Positions 1 through 10,363 are shown, counted from the first letter of the stretch. The stretch: 64,000 nt of DNA from Bacteroidales bacterium (GCA_017617655.1 JAFZVU010000087.1:610-64609); one strand, 5' to 3'. Numbers and translations are program-made. The notes: a model not told the origin generated them from the letters alone.

Positions 1-618
1 GGCAAGACCGGCTCCGTAACCTTCATCGGTACGGTATCGCCTGCCGGCGGTAACCTCAAGGAGCCTGTGACCGAGTCTACAAAGAAAGCCGCGAGATGCT
101 TCTACGCTCTCGCCCAGGCCCGTGCGGACAGCAAGCGCTACCCGGCCGTTGACCCTCTGGACTCATACTCCAAGTATCTGGAATACCCCGAGATCGTCGA
201 ATACCTCAACAAGAGGGTCGACCCTCACTGGGTGGAGAAGGTCTTCAAGGCCAAGAACCTCGTGCGCCGCGGAAAGGAGATGGCGGAGCAGATCAACATC
301 CTCGGCGACGACGGTGTGCCCATCAGCTACCATGAGGCCTTCTGGAAATCCGAACTCGTCGACTTCGTCATCCTCCAGCAGGATGCGTTCGACAAGATCG
401 ACTGCGTAACTCCCATGGACCGTCAGGAATTCATGCTCACAGAAGTCCTGAACGTATGCGACATGGAGTTCCACTTCGACAACTTCGAACACTGCCGCAA
501 TTTCTACAAGGAAATAATCAACGCCTTCAAGCAGATGAACTATTCCGAGTACAAGAGCGAGCAGTTCTACAAATATTTCGACCAGGTTAAAAACATATTG
601 AGCCATGGCAACAACTAA
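1..618 (+). CDS. atpA: V-type ATP synthase subunit A, C-terminal part (gene starts upstream of window)
   Basis: Frame 1 is open from base 1 (GKTGSVTFIGTVSPAGGNLKEPVTEST...) to the stop at 618. It resembles the C-terminal domain of the V/A-ATPase catalytic subunit and is followed by B, D, I and K subunit genes. Confidence 0.85.
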   Translation, partial: GKTGSVTFIGTVSPAGGNLKEPVTESTKKAARCFYALAQARADSKRYPAVDPLDSYSKYLEYPEIVEYLNKRVDPHWVEKVFKAKNLVRRGKEMAEQINILGDDGVPISYHEAFWKSELVDFVILQQDAFDKIDCVTPMDRQEFMLTEVLNVCDMEFHFDNFEHCRNFYKEIINAFKQMNYSEYKSEQFYKYFDQVKNILSHGNN

Positions 619-1933
619 CGCATACAGGAGAATATATACCCAGCTTGAGGCTATCACCAAAGCTACGGTAACCCTCAAGGCCAGCGGTGTCAGCAATGAC
701 GAGCTTGCAACAGTTGCCGGCCGCGCCGCTCAAGTAGTAAAGATAAAAGGCGACCTCATAACCCTGCAGGTGTTCGCCGGCACGGAAGGCATCCCTACCG
801 ACGCTGAAGTAATCTTCCAGGGCGAACCCCCTACCCTCAATGTCAGCGACGAACTCGCCGGCCGTTTCTTCAACGCATACGGCGAACCAATCGACGACGG
901 TCCCGCAGTGGAAGGTGAACGCCGCCAGATTGGAGGTCCTTCGGTGAACCCCTACAAGAGGGAGCAGCCAAGCCAGCTGATCCCCACCGGTATCGCGGGC
1001 ATCGACCTCAACAACACCCTGGTGTCAGGCCAGAAGATTCCGTTCTTCGCAGACCCTGACCAGCCCTACAACCAGGTTATGGCCCAGGTGGCCCTCCGCG
1101 CCGACGTCGACAAGATCATCCTCGGCGGCATGGGCCTGTCAAACGACGACTACCTCTATTTCAGGCAGGCGTTCGAGAACGCCGGCGCCCTCAACAGGAT
1201 CGTCAGCTTCGTTAACACCACCGACGAGCCGCCAGTAGAGCGCCTGCTGGTTCCCGACATGGCGCTTACAGCTGCCGAATACTTCGCTGTCGACAAGAAC
1301 GAGAAAGTGCTCGTGCTGCTGACCGACATGACGCTGTACGCCGACGCCCTGAGTATCGTGTCGAACCGTATGGACCAGATCCCTTCGAAGGACTCAATGC
1401 CCGGTTCCCTCTATTCAGACCTCGCCAAGATCTACGAGAAGGCCGTGCAGCTGCCCAGCGGCGGTTCCATCACCATCATCGCCGTGACTACGCTTAACGA
1501 CGGCGACATCACCCACGCCATCCCCGACAACACCGGATATATCACCGAGGGCCAGCTGTTCCTCCGCACCGACACCGACACAGGAAAGGTCATCGTCGAC
1601 CCGTTCCGCAGCCTGTCGCGTCTGAAACAGCTCGTGATCAACAAGCAGACCCGCGAGGACCACAGCCAGGTGATGAACACCGCAGTGCGTCTGTATGCCG
1701 ATGCGTCAAACGCCAAGACCAAGCTGGAGAACGGTTTCGACCTCTCCGACTACGACCTGCGCTGCCTCGACTATGCAAAGGAATATTCGAACAGGCTTCT
1801 GGCCATCGACGTCAACATCTCAATCACCGAGATGCTCGACACGGCATGGGAGCTCTTCTCGAAGTATTTCACCAAAGCCGAGACCGGTCTGCGTGACTCA
1901 CTCATAGAGAAATATTGGAAAGATAACAACTAG
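605..1933 (+). CDS. atpB: V-type ATP synthase subunit B
   Basis: 442-aa ORF overlapping the A subunit by 14 nt. It resembles the non-catalytic B subunit (GEPPTLNVSDELAGRFFNAYGEPID, PGSLYSDLAKIYE). Confidence 0.9.
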   Translation: MATTNAYRRIYTQLEAITKATVTLKASGVSNDELATVAGRAAQVVKIKGDLITLQVFAGTEGIPTDAEVIFQGEPPTLNVSDELAGRFFNAYGEPIDDGPAVEGERRQIGGPSVNPYKREQPSQLIPTGIAGIDLNNTLVSGQKIPFFADPDQPYNQVMAQVALRADVDKIILGGMGLSNDDYLYFRQAFENAGALNRIVSFVNTTDEPPVERLLVPDMALTAAEYFAVDKNEKVLVLLTDMTLYADALSIVSNRMDQIPSKDSMPGSLYSDLAKIYEKAVQLPSGGSITIIAVTTLNDGDITHAIPDNTGYITEGQLFLRTDTDTGKVIVDPFRSLSRLKQLVINKQTREDHSQVMNTAVRLYADASNAKTKLENGFDLSDYDLRCLDYAKEYSNRLLAIDVNISITEMLDTAWELFSKYFTKAETGLRDSLIEKYWKDNN

Positions 1934-1938
1934 CAGTC

Positions 1939-2543
1939 ATGGCCATCAAGTTCCAATTCAACAAGACTTCCATGAACGAGCTCAACAAGCAGTTGAAGGT
2001 TCGTGTGCGCGCCTTGCCCACCCTCAAGAACAAGGAATCTGCCCTGAGGGTTATGTCAAAGCTCGCCAAGGACCGTGCGCAGCAGCTCAAGGAAGAATTG
2101 GAAGAGGCTTTGCAGAGCTATGATTATATGTCCGGGCTGTGGAACGAATTCGAGCCCAACCTGATCAGTGTCGACGACGTGATCCTCGAGACTGTGAAGG
2201 TGGCCGGAATAAAGACTCCCGAACTCAAGGAAGTCATCTACAGCGTCAAGCCGTTCGACACTTTCGCCAAGCCTATGTGGTACACCGACGGCGTCGAGAT
2301 CCTCAAGAGGCTGGCGCAGCTCGGCATCGAAAGCGAGGTCTGCATCGAGAAGGCCCGCATCCTCGATTTCCAGCGCAAGAAAACCACCCAGAAGGTGAAC
2401 CTCTACGAGAAGGTTCAGATCCCCGGGTATCAGGAGGCCATCCGCAAGATCAAGCGATACATGGAAGACGAGGAGAACCTGTCCAAGGCATCCCAGAAGA
2501 TTGTTAAGAGCCGTCATCAGGCTGAAGAAGAGGAGGACGAAGC

Positions 2544-2547
<4 letters not shown>
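1939..2547 (+). CDS. atpD: V-type ATP synthase subunit D
   Basis: 202-aa coiled-coil, charged protein in the operon position of subunit D. N-terminus is KFQFNKTSMNELNKQLKVRVRALPTLKNKE. Confidence 0.8.
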
Positions 2548-4804
<2,257 letters not shown>

Positions 4805-4825
4805 AGCCCGGAGGCTGAAGGCTTA

Positions 4826-5416
4826 ATGCCGAAGATATATATCATAGGAGGATGCAACGGGGCAGGCAAAACCACTGCTTCGTATACCATTCTCCCTGAT
4901 ATGTTCAACTGCCACGATTTTGTCAATTCCGACGAGATCGCGATGAGGCTCTCCCCGGACAACCCGGAGTCTGCAGCCATAAGGGCCAGCAGGATCATGC
5001 TCGAGAGAATGCACGAGCTGATAGAGCAAGGCGCCGATTTCGGAATAGAGACAACGCTGGCGACAAGGACGTTGATTAAAATCATAAAGGAGGCTCAGAT
5101 GAGCGGTTATGTTGTGACCCTCATCTTCTTCTGGCTGAATGTTCCTGAGCTGGCCCTGCAGAGGGTCAAACTCAGGGTCGCGTCCGGAGGCCACAATGTC
5201 CCGGAAAGGACCATCCTGAGAAGGTATCACATGGGAATAACGAATCTCTTCGATCTGTACATCCCCGCTGTCGATTACTGGATGATCGTGGATAACTCAA
5301 ATACGCCTAGTGCAATGATTGCCGAAGGCGGTAAAGACGTAAGTACTAAACTTCACAACAAAACCATTTACAATCTGCTTATCAACTATGAGCGAACAAG
5401 AAACGAGACAGCTTAG
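4826..5416 (+). CDS. Zeta-toxin-like / COG4185-type P-loop ATPase (kinase fold)
   Basis: 196 aa with an N-terminal Walker A (IIGGCNGAGKTT). Size and layout match short zeta-toxin-family proteins. GC is lower than in the flanking genes. Confidence 0.65.
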   Translation: MPKIYIIGGCNGAGKTTASYTILPDMFNCHDFVNSDEIAMRLSPDNPESAAIRASRIMLERMHELIEQGADFGIETTLATRTLIKIIKEAQMSGYVVTLIFFWLNVPELALQRVKLRVASGGHNVPERTILRRYHMGITNLFDLYIPAVDYWMIVDNSNTPSAMIAEGGKDVSTKLHNKTIYNLLINYERTRNETA

Positions 5417-5552
5417 AGAAGATCTTCTCAAAGGGCTGGATATCACGTTCGATAAATTGGTCGAGCAGAAAAAGCGGAACAACGAACCTCTCGCTTTCTC
5501 GAACAAAGGAAACGTGGTACAGGTAGATGCAAGACAATTGGAAAACAAGTAA
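5388..5552 (+). CDS. Hypothetical 54-aa charged helical protein overlapping the 3' end of the zeta-like gene
   Basis: ATG at 5388, stop at 5550-5552, translating to MSEQETRQLREDLLKGLDITFDKLVEQKKRNNEPLAFSNKGNVVQVDARQLENK. It is below the ORF-track length cutoff, overlaps the previous gene by 29 nt and is followed directly by a terminator hairpin. Confidence 0.35.
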   Translation: MSEQETRQLREDLLKGLDITFDKLVEQKKRNNEPLAFSNKGNVVQVDARQLENK

Positions 5553-5569
5553 AATCTCTGCCAACTTGA

Positions 5570-5598
5570 AAAAGGGCGACCGGACAGGTTGCCCTTTT
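5570..5598 (+). terminator. Rho-independent terminator-like hairpin
   Basis: aaaagggcgacc-ggaca-ggttgcccttttc forms a roughly 12-bp stem followed by a T-run. It lies downstream of the small ORF and upstream of the tldD ATG. Confidence 0.55.
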
Positions 5599-5609
5599 CA
5601 ATAAATGAT

Positions 5610-7010
5610 ATGATGGATTTTTTCAAAGTAGATATTGAGATGCTGCAAAAACTCGTCGCTATTGCCATGAGCCGCGGCGGGGACTATGCAGACATTTATT
5701 TCGAGTACAGCGCTCTCGACGAGATGCAGCTGCGCGACCGCAAGGTGGCTTCCGTAGGCCAGCATGTGGACTATGGCGTGGGCATCCGCGTCCTCAAAGG
5801 GGAGCAGACCGGTTATGCTTACTCCGAGAGCACCGACTGGGACAAGATGGCCCGGGCTGCAGCCACTGCCGCTGCGATTGCAGACGGTCTGGTACAGGCC
5901 CCCTGCCCCGTCGCCGTCACTGAGGTCAAGGCTGCCCGCTACTATCCCGCCGAAAACAGCTGGGAAGGCTTCGACAGCGCAGGGAGGATTGATTATCTCC
6001 AGAGAATGAACGACCTGCTGTATTCTCTGGACGCACGTATCACCAATGTGATGGAGTCGCTGACTAGTTCTTTCGAAAGGATCCTGTTCTTCAATTCCCT
6101 GGGCGAGCTGGCCTGCGACAGCGGTCCCATGTCTTCCCTGGCCGTCAGCATAGTGGCGCAGCAGGGCGACCGCCGGGAGACGGCTTCCCTGTCGAGAAGT
6201 TTCCGCATGGGCAGCGAATTCCTCACCGAGGATCTGATGAAGGCCATGGCCAATGAGGTCACCGGCAGATGCTCCATGCTGTTCAACGCAGGCAGCATCA
6301 AGGGCGGCGACATGCCTGTGGTAATGGGCGCCGGCGGTTCCGGCATCTTGCTCCACGAAGCCATCGGACATGCTTTCGAGGCTGACTTCATCCGCAAGGG
6401 GACTTCCATTTTCACCGACAGTCTCGGCAAGAAGATCTGCAGCGAGAAGATTTCTGTGGTGGACGACGGCACCATCCCGCTCAACCGCGGCAGCATCAAT
6501 ATCGACGACGAGGGTGTGCCTTCCCAGAAGACCTATATGGTGAAGGACGGCGTCCTGACTTCATTCCTGCACGACCGGGTCAGTGCCAGGCACTACGGTG
6601 TGCCGTCCACCGGCAATGGCCGCCGCGAATCGTTCCGCTATAATCCTATCCCGCGCATGCGCGCCACATACATGGAGAACGGAAATGCCCGTAAGGAGGA
6701 TATAATAGCGTCCGTGAAGAAAGGGGTGTTCCTCGACACTTTCTCGAATGGCCAGGTACAGATCGGCGCCGGCGATTTCACTTTCTATGTGAAGAGCGGC
6801 TGGTTGATAGAGAACGGGAAGCTGACACAGCCGCTGAAGGACATCAATGTGATCGGCAACGGGCCGCAGGCTCTGGCCGATATCGTGGCCGTAGCTGACG
6901 ACTGCATCATCGACAATGGCAAGTGGACCTGCGGCAAAGAGCAGTATTGCCCCGTCAGCTGCGGCATGCCCACCGTCCTTGTCAGCAAACTCTCCGTCGG
7001 CGGTATCTGA
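5610..7010 (+). CDS. tldD: Metalloprotease TldD
   Basis: TldD/PmbA-family sequence with the zinc motif HEAIGHAFEADF. The track ORF starts at a TTG inside the terminator hairpin, so I chose the in-frame ATG at 5610 (MMDFFKVDIEMLQ). Confidence 0.88.
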   Translation: MMDFFKVDIEMLQKLVAIAMSRGGDYADIYFEYSALDEMQLRDRKVASVGQHVDYGVGIRVLKGEQTGYAYSESTDWDKMARAAATAAAIADGLVQAPCPVAVTEVKAARYYPAENSWEGFDSAGRIDYLQRMNDLLYSLDARITNVMESLTSSFERILFFNSLGELACDSGPMSSLAVSIVAQQGDRRETASLSRSFRMGSEFLTEDLMKAMANEVTGRCSMLFNAGSIKGGDMPVVMGAGGSGILLHEAIGHAFEADFIRKGTSIFTDSLGKKICSEKISVVDDGTIPLNRGSINIDDEGVPSQKTYMVKDGVLTSFLHDRVSARHYGVPSTGNGRRESFRYNPIPRMRATYMENGNARKEDIIASVKKGVFLDTFSNGQVQIGAGDFTFYVKSGWLIENGKLTQPLKDINVIGNGPQALADIVAVADDCIIDNGKWTCGKEQYCPVSCGMPTVLVSKLSVGGI

Positions 7011-7029
7011 TAACAACACATACATACGA

Positions 7030-7205
7030 GCAGATGCTGACGGAAAGCAAGGGGCTGAGTGGGGCTGGCCGCCCACGGCGCGCAGAGTGGGAGGGGCCCG
7101 ACGAATGCGAGTTCTGCGTAGCAGGACGATGCAGGCGTTGGGAGGGATTGGAGTGAGCGAAGCTCACGGAACCCCCGAAGCCCCTTGCTTTCCGTCAGCA
7201 GCTGC
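7030..7205. repeat. Structured intergenic repeat, copy A (about 176 nt, 27-bp closing stem)
   Basis: The 5' arm gcagatgctgacggaaagcaaggggct pairs with the 3' arm agccccttgctttccgtcagcagctgc with one mismatch. The interior aligns with 10168-10347. Confidence 0.75.
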
Positions 7206-7213
7206 TGTTCCTA

Positions 7214-8224
7214 CTATTTTATACGTGTTAGGGGTTCGGGGTAGAGCAGGTACTTCTTGGCTTTGCGGAGCCAGCGCTGCTCCTGCTGCTTGATCTGCTC
7301 CTTGAGATCCTCCCAGCTGCACTCGTCATTGAAGTAAGCCCCGATAAGCGGCTCAGCAAAGATATCCTCCGCATCATCCATGAACTCGAACTCTTCACAA
7401 CTGTCCTTCACCAGCTTGATGAGACGGATAGCATGCAGCACGCTGTTATACGGCTCAGTGGGATTCGCCAGCAGCTGATAGCCGTAGCACTTCTCGCCTT
7501 TGTAGAGATCATGCCCGGGAACAAAGAACGCCTTGCGCATGAACACTCCCTTATTGTAGGCAGCCTCCACTGAGCTGAAATCCTTCATGAACGGAGCCCC
7601 GAAGAATTCGTAAGGCCTCTCGGTGCCAATGCCGCAGCTGACGTTGGTGCCGTGCCAGAGGTACTGCCCTGCATGGAAATATGCAGTAAAATAACCCGCA
7701 AAATCGTCAGTCACCGGAATGCTCCATGTCAGCAGGTCGCGTCCGGCCAGAGTAGCGTCAGCCGAAATCACATGCAGAGGAAATTTCGCCCCCAGGTCAG
7801 TGAAGAACATATTGGCCATCTCGGCCAGAGTGAGGCCGTGCTTGTTGCACATGCCGTACTTGAAGCTGCCCTCCACAGCCCTGCCGCACGGATTCGGGCG
7901 GTCCAGGATGTATACTGGGATGTCGCTTCCGTCGTCCTTGCACTTGCGGAAGAAATTGAAGAGCTTCCCGTAGAACGGGTCGAAACAGTCGCCGGTGCCC
8001 TGCCTTTCTATTATCAGGGCGTCCACACGCTCTTCTGCCAGCACTGCCGGGTCCAGCCTGTCCTCGCTAAGCAGCACCACTTCGCTCCCGCGGCCCGCAA
8101 GAATCTCCCAAAGGTAGCTCTCTATCTCTGGATACCAAGCGGTGGGGCTGTCCAGCACGGCAAGGCGGCCTCTCAGCGCCCTGTCCTGCTGCTCGAAGAG
8201 AGATGATGTGCGGAACGAGAACAT
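7214..8224 (-). CDS. DUF1343 family protein (NamZ-like exo-beta-N-acetylmuramidase family)
   Basis: 336 aa with the DUF1343 hallmark VYILDRPNPCGRAVEGS. Its ATG overlaps the glmM stop (TAATG). Confidence 0.7.
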   Translation of the reverse strand: MFSFRTSSLFEQQDRALRGRLAVLDSPTAWYPEIESYLWEILAGRGSEVVLLSEDRLDPAVLAEERVDALIIERQGTGDCFDPFYGKLFNFFRKCKDDGSDIPVYILDRPNPCGRAVEGSFKYGMCNKHGLTLAEMANMFFTDLGAKFPLHVISADATLAGRDLLTWSIPVTDDFAGYFTAYFHAGQYLWHGTNVSCGIGTERPYEFFGAPFMKDFSSVEAAYNKGVFMRKAFFVPGHDLYKGEKCYGYQLLANPTEPYNSVLHAIRLIKLVKDSCEEFEFMDDAEDIFAEPLIGAYFNDECSWEDLKEQIKQQEQRWLRKAKKYLLYPEPLTRIK

Positions 8225-9603
8225 TACAGGATTTCTTCAGCCACAGCTATCACTTCATCTGCCAGAGCCTCAGCCTGCTTTTCTGCAGGAGCCTCGGCAT
8301 AGATGCGGATTATCGGCTCGGTGTTTGACTTGCGAAGGATGACCCACTTGCGTTCGGCTTCGAAATCGATGCGCACACCGTCGAGGGTGTTGATCTTCTC
8401 AGAAGCGTACTTCACCTTCAGAGCCTCGAATATCTTGTCGGCCTGGGCCGGATCTGCGAGAGATATCTTCTTCTTTGCAATGAAATAGTCGGGATAGGTC
8501 TTGCGGAGTTTCGATGCGCTGAGACCTTTCTGCGCCATATTGCTCAGGAAGAGAGCGGTGCCGATGAGGGCGTCGCGGCCGTAGTGGAGCTCCGGGAAGA
8601 TGATGCCGCCGTTGCCTTCGCCGCCGATGACTGCACCGACTTCGCGCATCTTGGTGGTAACGTTCACCTCACCTACCGCTGCAGTATAATACTCGCAGCC
8701 ATGAGCTTCAGTTACGTCCCTGAGAGCTCTGGATGAAGAGATGTTGGAGCTGGTCGGCCCCTTCTTATGGTCAAGCACATAATCGGCCACGCTCACAAGG
8801 GTATATTCCTCGCCGAAAGGCTCTCCGTCTTCGCAGATGAAGGCCAGACGGTCCACATCAGGATCGACCGAGATGCCGAGGTTGGCATGCTCGCAGTTCA
8901 CAGTGTCGCTGAGCCCCTTGAGGTTGGCAGGCAGCGGTTCGGGATTATGCGCGAAGCAGCCGTTGGGCTCCGCATTGATGGTGACGCACTCCACGCCGAG
9001 CCTCTCGAGCAGGCGAGGCATCACTATCGCTCCGACCGAGTTGATGGGGTCGAGCACCACTTTGAAATGAGCCTTGCGGATAGCTTCCCTGTCAACCAGA
9101 TGGTTGGAGAGAACCTGCTCTATATGGATGTCAGTATAGTCTTTGTTTGTTACAGTGCCCAGCGAGCGGACTTCAGCGAAATCGAAATCTTCGGCAGCTG
9201 CAGTCTCGAGCACCTTTGCGCCGTTCTCTGCAGAGAGGAATTCGCCGTCGTTGTTGAGAAGCTTCAGGGCGTTCCACTGCTCGGGGTTGTGGCTGGCGGT
9301 GATAATGATGCCGCCGTCGGCCTTCTCGCCAATCACTGCCAGTTCGGTAGTGGGCGTAGTAGCCATACCTATGTTGATTACGTCTGCGCCGCAGCCGACC
9401 AGGGTGCCGACCACTATACTCTCAACCATGCTGCCTGAGATGCGGGCGTCACGGCCTACTACCACCTTCGCTCTCTTGCCTTTCTTGGGAAGGCATTTAA
9501 CGTATGCTGCTGTGAATTTTACTATATCTACAGGGGTCAGGGCATCGCCGCAGTTGCCACCGATAGTGCCGCGGATGCCTGAAATTGATTTAATTAAGGT
9601 CAT
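8224..9603 (-). CDS. glmM: Phosphoglucosamine mutase
   Basis: Phosphohexomutase active-site loop IITASHNPEQWNALK. Start set at MTLIKSISGIRGTIGG (ATG 9603); the longer track ORF adds 29 non-conserved residues. Confidence 0.9.
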   Translation of the reverse strand: MTLIKSISGIRGTIGGNCGDALTPVDIVKFTAAYVKCLPKKGKRAKVVVGRDARISGSMVESIVVGTLVGCGADVINIGMATTPTTELAVIGEKADGGIIITASHNPEQWNALKLLNNDGEFLSAENGAKVLETAAAEDFDFAEVRSLGTVTNKDYTDIHIEQVLSNHLVDREAIRKAHFKVVLDPINSVGAIVMPRLLERLGVECVTINAEPNGCFAHNPEPLPANLKGLSDTVNCEHANLGISVDPDVDRLAFICEDGEPFGEEYTLVSVADYVLDHKKGPTSSNISSSRALRDVTEAHGCEYYTAAVGEVNVTTKMREVGAVIGGEGNGGIIFPELHYGRDALIGTALFLSNMAQKGLSASKLRKTYPDYFIAKKKISLADPAQADKIFEALKVKYASEKINTLDGVRIDFEAERKWVILRKSNTEPIIRIYAEAPAEKQAEALADEVIAVAEEIL

Positions 9604-9623
9604 ATCAATCTGTTTTGGAGCCA

Positions 9624-9631
9624 CAAAGGTA
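9624..9631 (-). promoter_or_regulatory. Bacteroidota -7 promoter box (TACCTTTG) for glmM
   Basis: Matches TAnnTTTG on the minus strand, 20 nt upstream of the glmM ATG. Confidence 0.45.
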
Positions 9632-9673
9632 CGAAATTGATATAAATAGATTTGCAAGAAACGAGAATGTTTG

Positions 9674-9681
9674 TATCTTTG
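9674..9681 (+). promoter_or_regulatory. Bacteroidota -7 promoter box (TATCTTTG) for rpmE, with TTTG at 9651-9654
   Basis: TAnnTTTG lies 38 nt upstream of the ATG, and an upstream TTTG is spaced about 19 nt away, as expected for a -33 element. Confidence 0.55.
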
Positions 9682-9719
9682 CGTCCCCAAAAGAATTTTA
9701 ATATTAATTAAGCATAGTC

Positions 9720-9974
9720 ATGAAAAAAGGAATTCATCCCGAAAGTTACCGTCTTGTTGCTTTCAAGGACATGTCGAATGATCACGTGTTCCTGACCCGC
9801 TCATGCGCAAATACCAAAGAGACCATCGAGATCGACGGCGTCGAGTATCCCGTGGTCAAGGTCGAGATCTCTAACACTTCTCACCCGTTCTACACTGGTA
9901 AGATGAAACTTGTCGACACCGCTGGTCGCGTAGATAAATTCTACAACCGCTACGGCAAGAGGAATCAGAAATAA
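9720..9974 (+). CDS. rpmE: 50S ribosomal protein L31, type B (no CxxC zinc ribbon)
   Basis: 84 aa, [10 protein letters not shown]...HPFYTGK...VDKFYNRYG. Confidence 0.92.
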   Translation: MKKGIHPESYRLVAFKDMSNDHVFLTRSCANTKETIEIDGVEYPVVKVEISNTSHPFYTGKMKLVDTAGRVDKFYNRYGKRNQK

Positions 9975-10002
9975 CAAGATACACCCAAGCTTTCTATAAA
10001 GA

Positions 10003-10031
10003 GACTGACGCATCGCGCCAGTCTTTTTTTT
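10003..10031 (+). terminator. Rho-independent terminator of rpmE
   Basis: gactgacgc-atc-gcgccagtc hairpin followed by a T8 run. Confidence 0.75.
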
Positions 10032-10072
10032 ATCTTCTTCTACGAGTAGACAAGCAATCGAACAATACTACT

Positions 10073-10158
10073 GCGGTAGGTCGAACAGATTATGGACGAC
10101 CTACCGCGAAAACGGCCTTATTTGCGGTAGGTCATCCCAAAATAGCCAGACCTACCGC
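10073..10158. repeat. Two tandem hairpins with identical 10-bp stems (REP-like)
   Basis: gcggtaggtc at 10073 and 10124 pairs with gacctaccgc at 10098 and 10149. Loops are 15-16 nt. Confidence 0.7.
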
Positions 10159-10167
10159 ACTGAAACC

Positions 10168-10347
10168 GCAGATGCGTTAGGAAAGCAAGATGGCTGGAGA
10201 GGCTGGCCCCCCGCGGCCTAGTAGAGCGGGGAGGTGTCCGTTGGATGCGAGTTATCGCGTAGCGATGACGAAGCAGACAATGAAAGGGTCCGAGCGAGCG
10301 TTAGCGAGCGAGTCCTCGGAAGCCACTTGCTTTCCGTAAGAATCTGC
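10168..10347. repeat. Structured intergenic repeat, copy B (about 180 nt)
   Basis: Collinear with 7030-7205. It shares gcagatgc, ggaaagcaag, ggctggcc, atgcgagtt, gcgtagc and cttgctttccgt, and its terminal arms pair. Confidence 0.75.
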
Positions 10348-10363
10348 AGTTCCGATAGCAGGT

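Noticed and set aside
163-696. Long antisense or alternative-frame ORFs opposite real genes. Examples are 163-696(-), 2763-3845(-), 5598-6371(-), 8767-9438(+), 11337-12089(+), 13453-14250(+), 16824-17504(-), 22645-23922(-), 28247-29083(-), 36228-37070(+), 39586-40308(+), 40683-41489(+), 46243-47229(-), 52556-53272(+) and 60733-61719(+).
   Set aside because: Each lies fully inside a gene with clear family motifs on the other strand or frame. Their translations are low-complexity and Arg/Ala/Gly/Val-rich, as expected for shadow ORFs in DNA of about 55% GC. None shows a recognisable motif.
7030-7205. The structured ~176-nt element considered as 6S RNA, a tRNA-like gene or another known housekeeping RNA.
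   Set aside because: Two diverged copies within 3 kb argue against a single-copy housekeeping RNA. I see no tRNA cloverleaf or T-loop (GTTCRANYC) signature and cannot recognise any Rfam family by eye. It is retained as an unclassified repeat pending a covariance-model search.
6916-7293. 125-aa ORF (and ORFs 6923-7156 and 6982-7167) spanning the tldD 3' end and the intergenic repeat.
   Set aside because: It reads straight through the 27-bp inverted arms of repeat copy A and overlaps two real gene ends. The homologous copy B is not open in the same frame, so the element is non-coding.
9720-9974. L31 type B considered as a Zur-regulated zinc-sparing paralogue, suggesting a zinc-starvation island.
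   Set aside because: No second (CxxC-type) L31 gene and no recognisable Zur box are seen in the window. Type B can be the sole L31 in Bacteroidota, and the upstream region carries a standard TTTG/TAnnTTTG housekeeping promoter.
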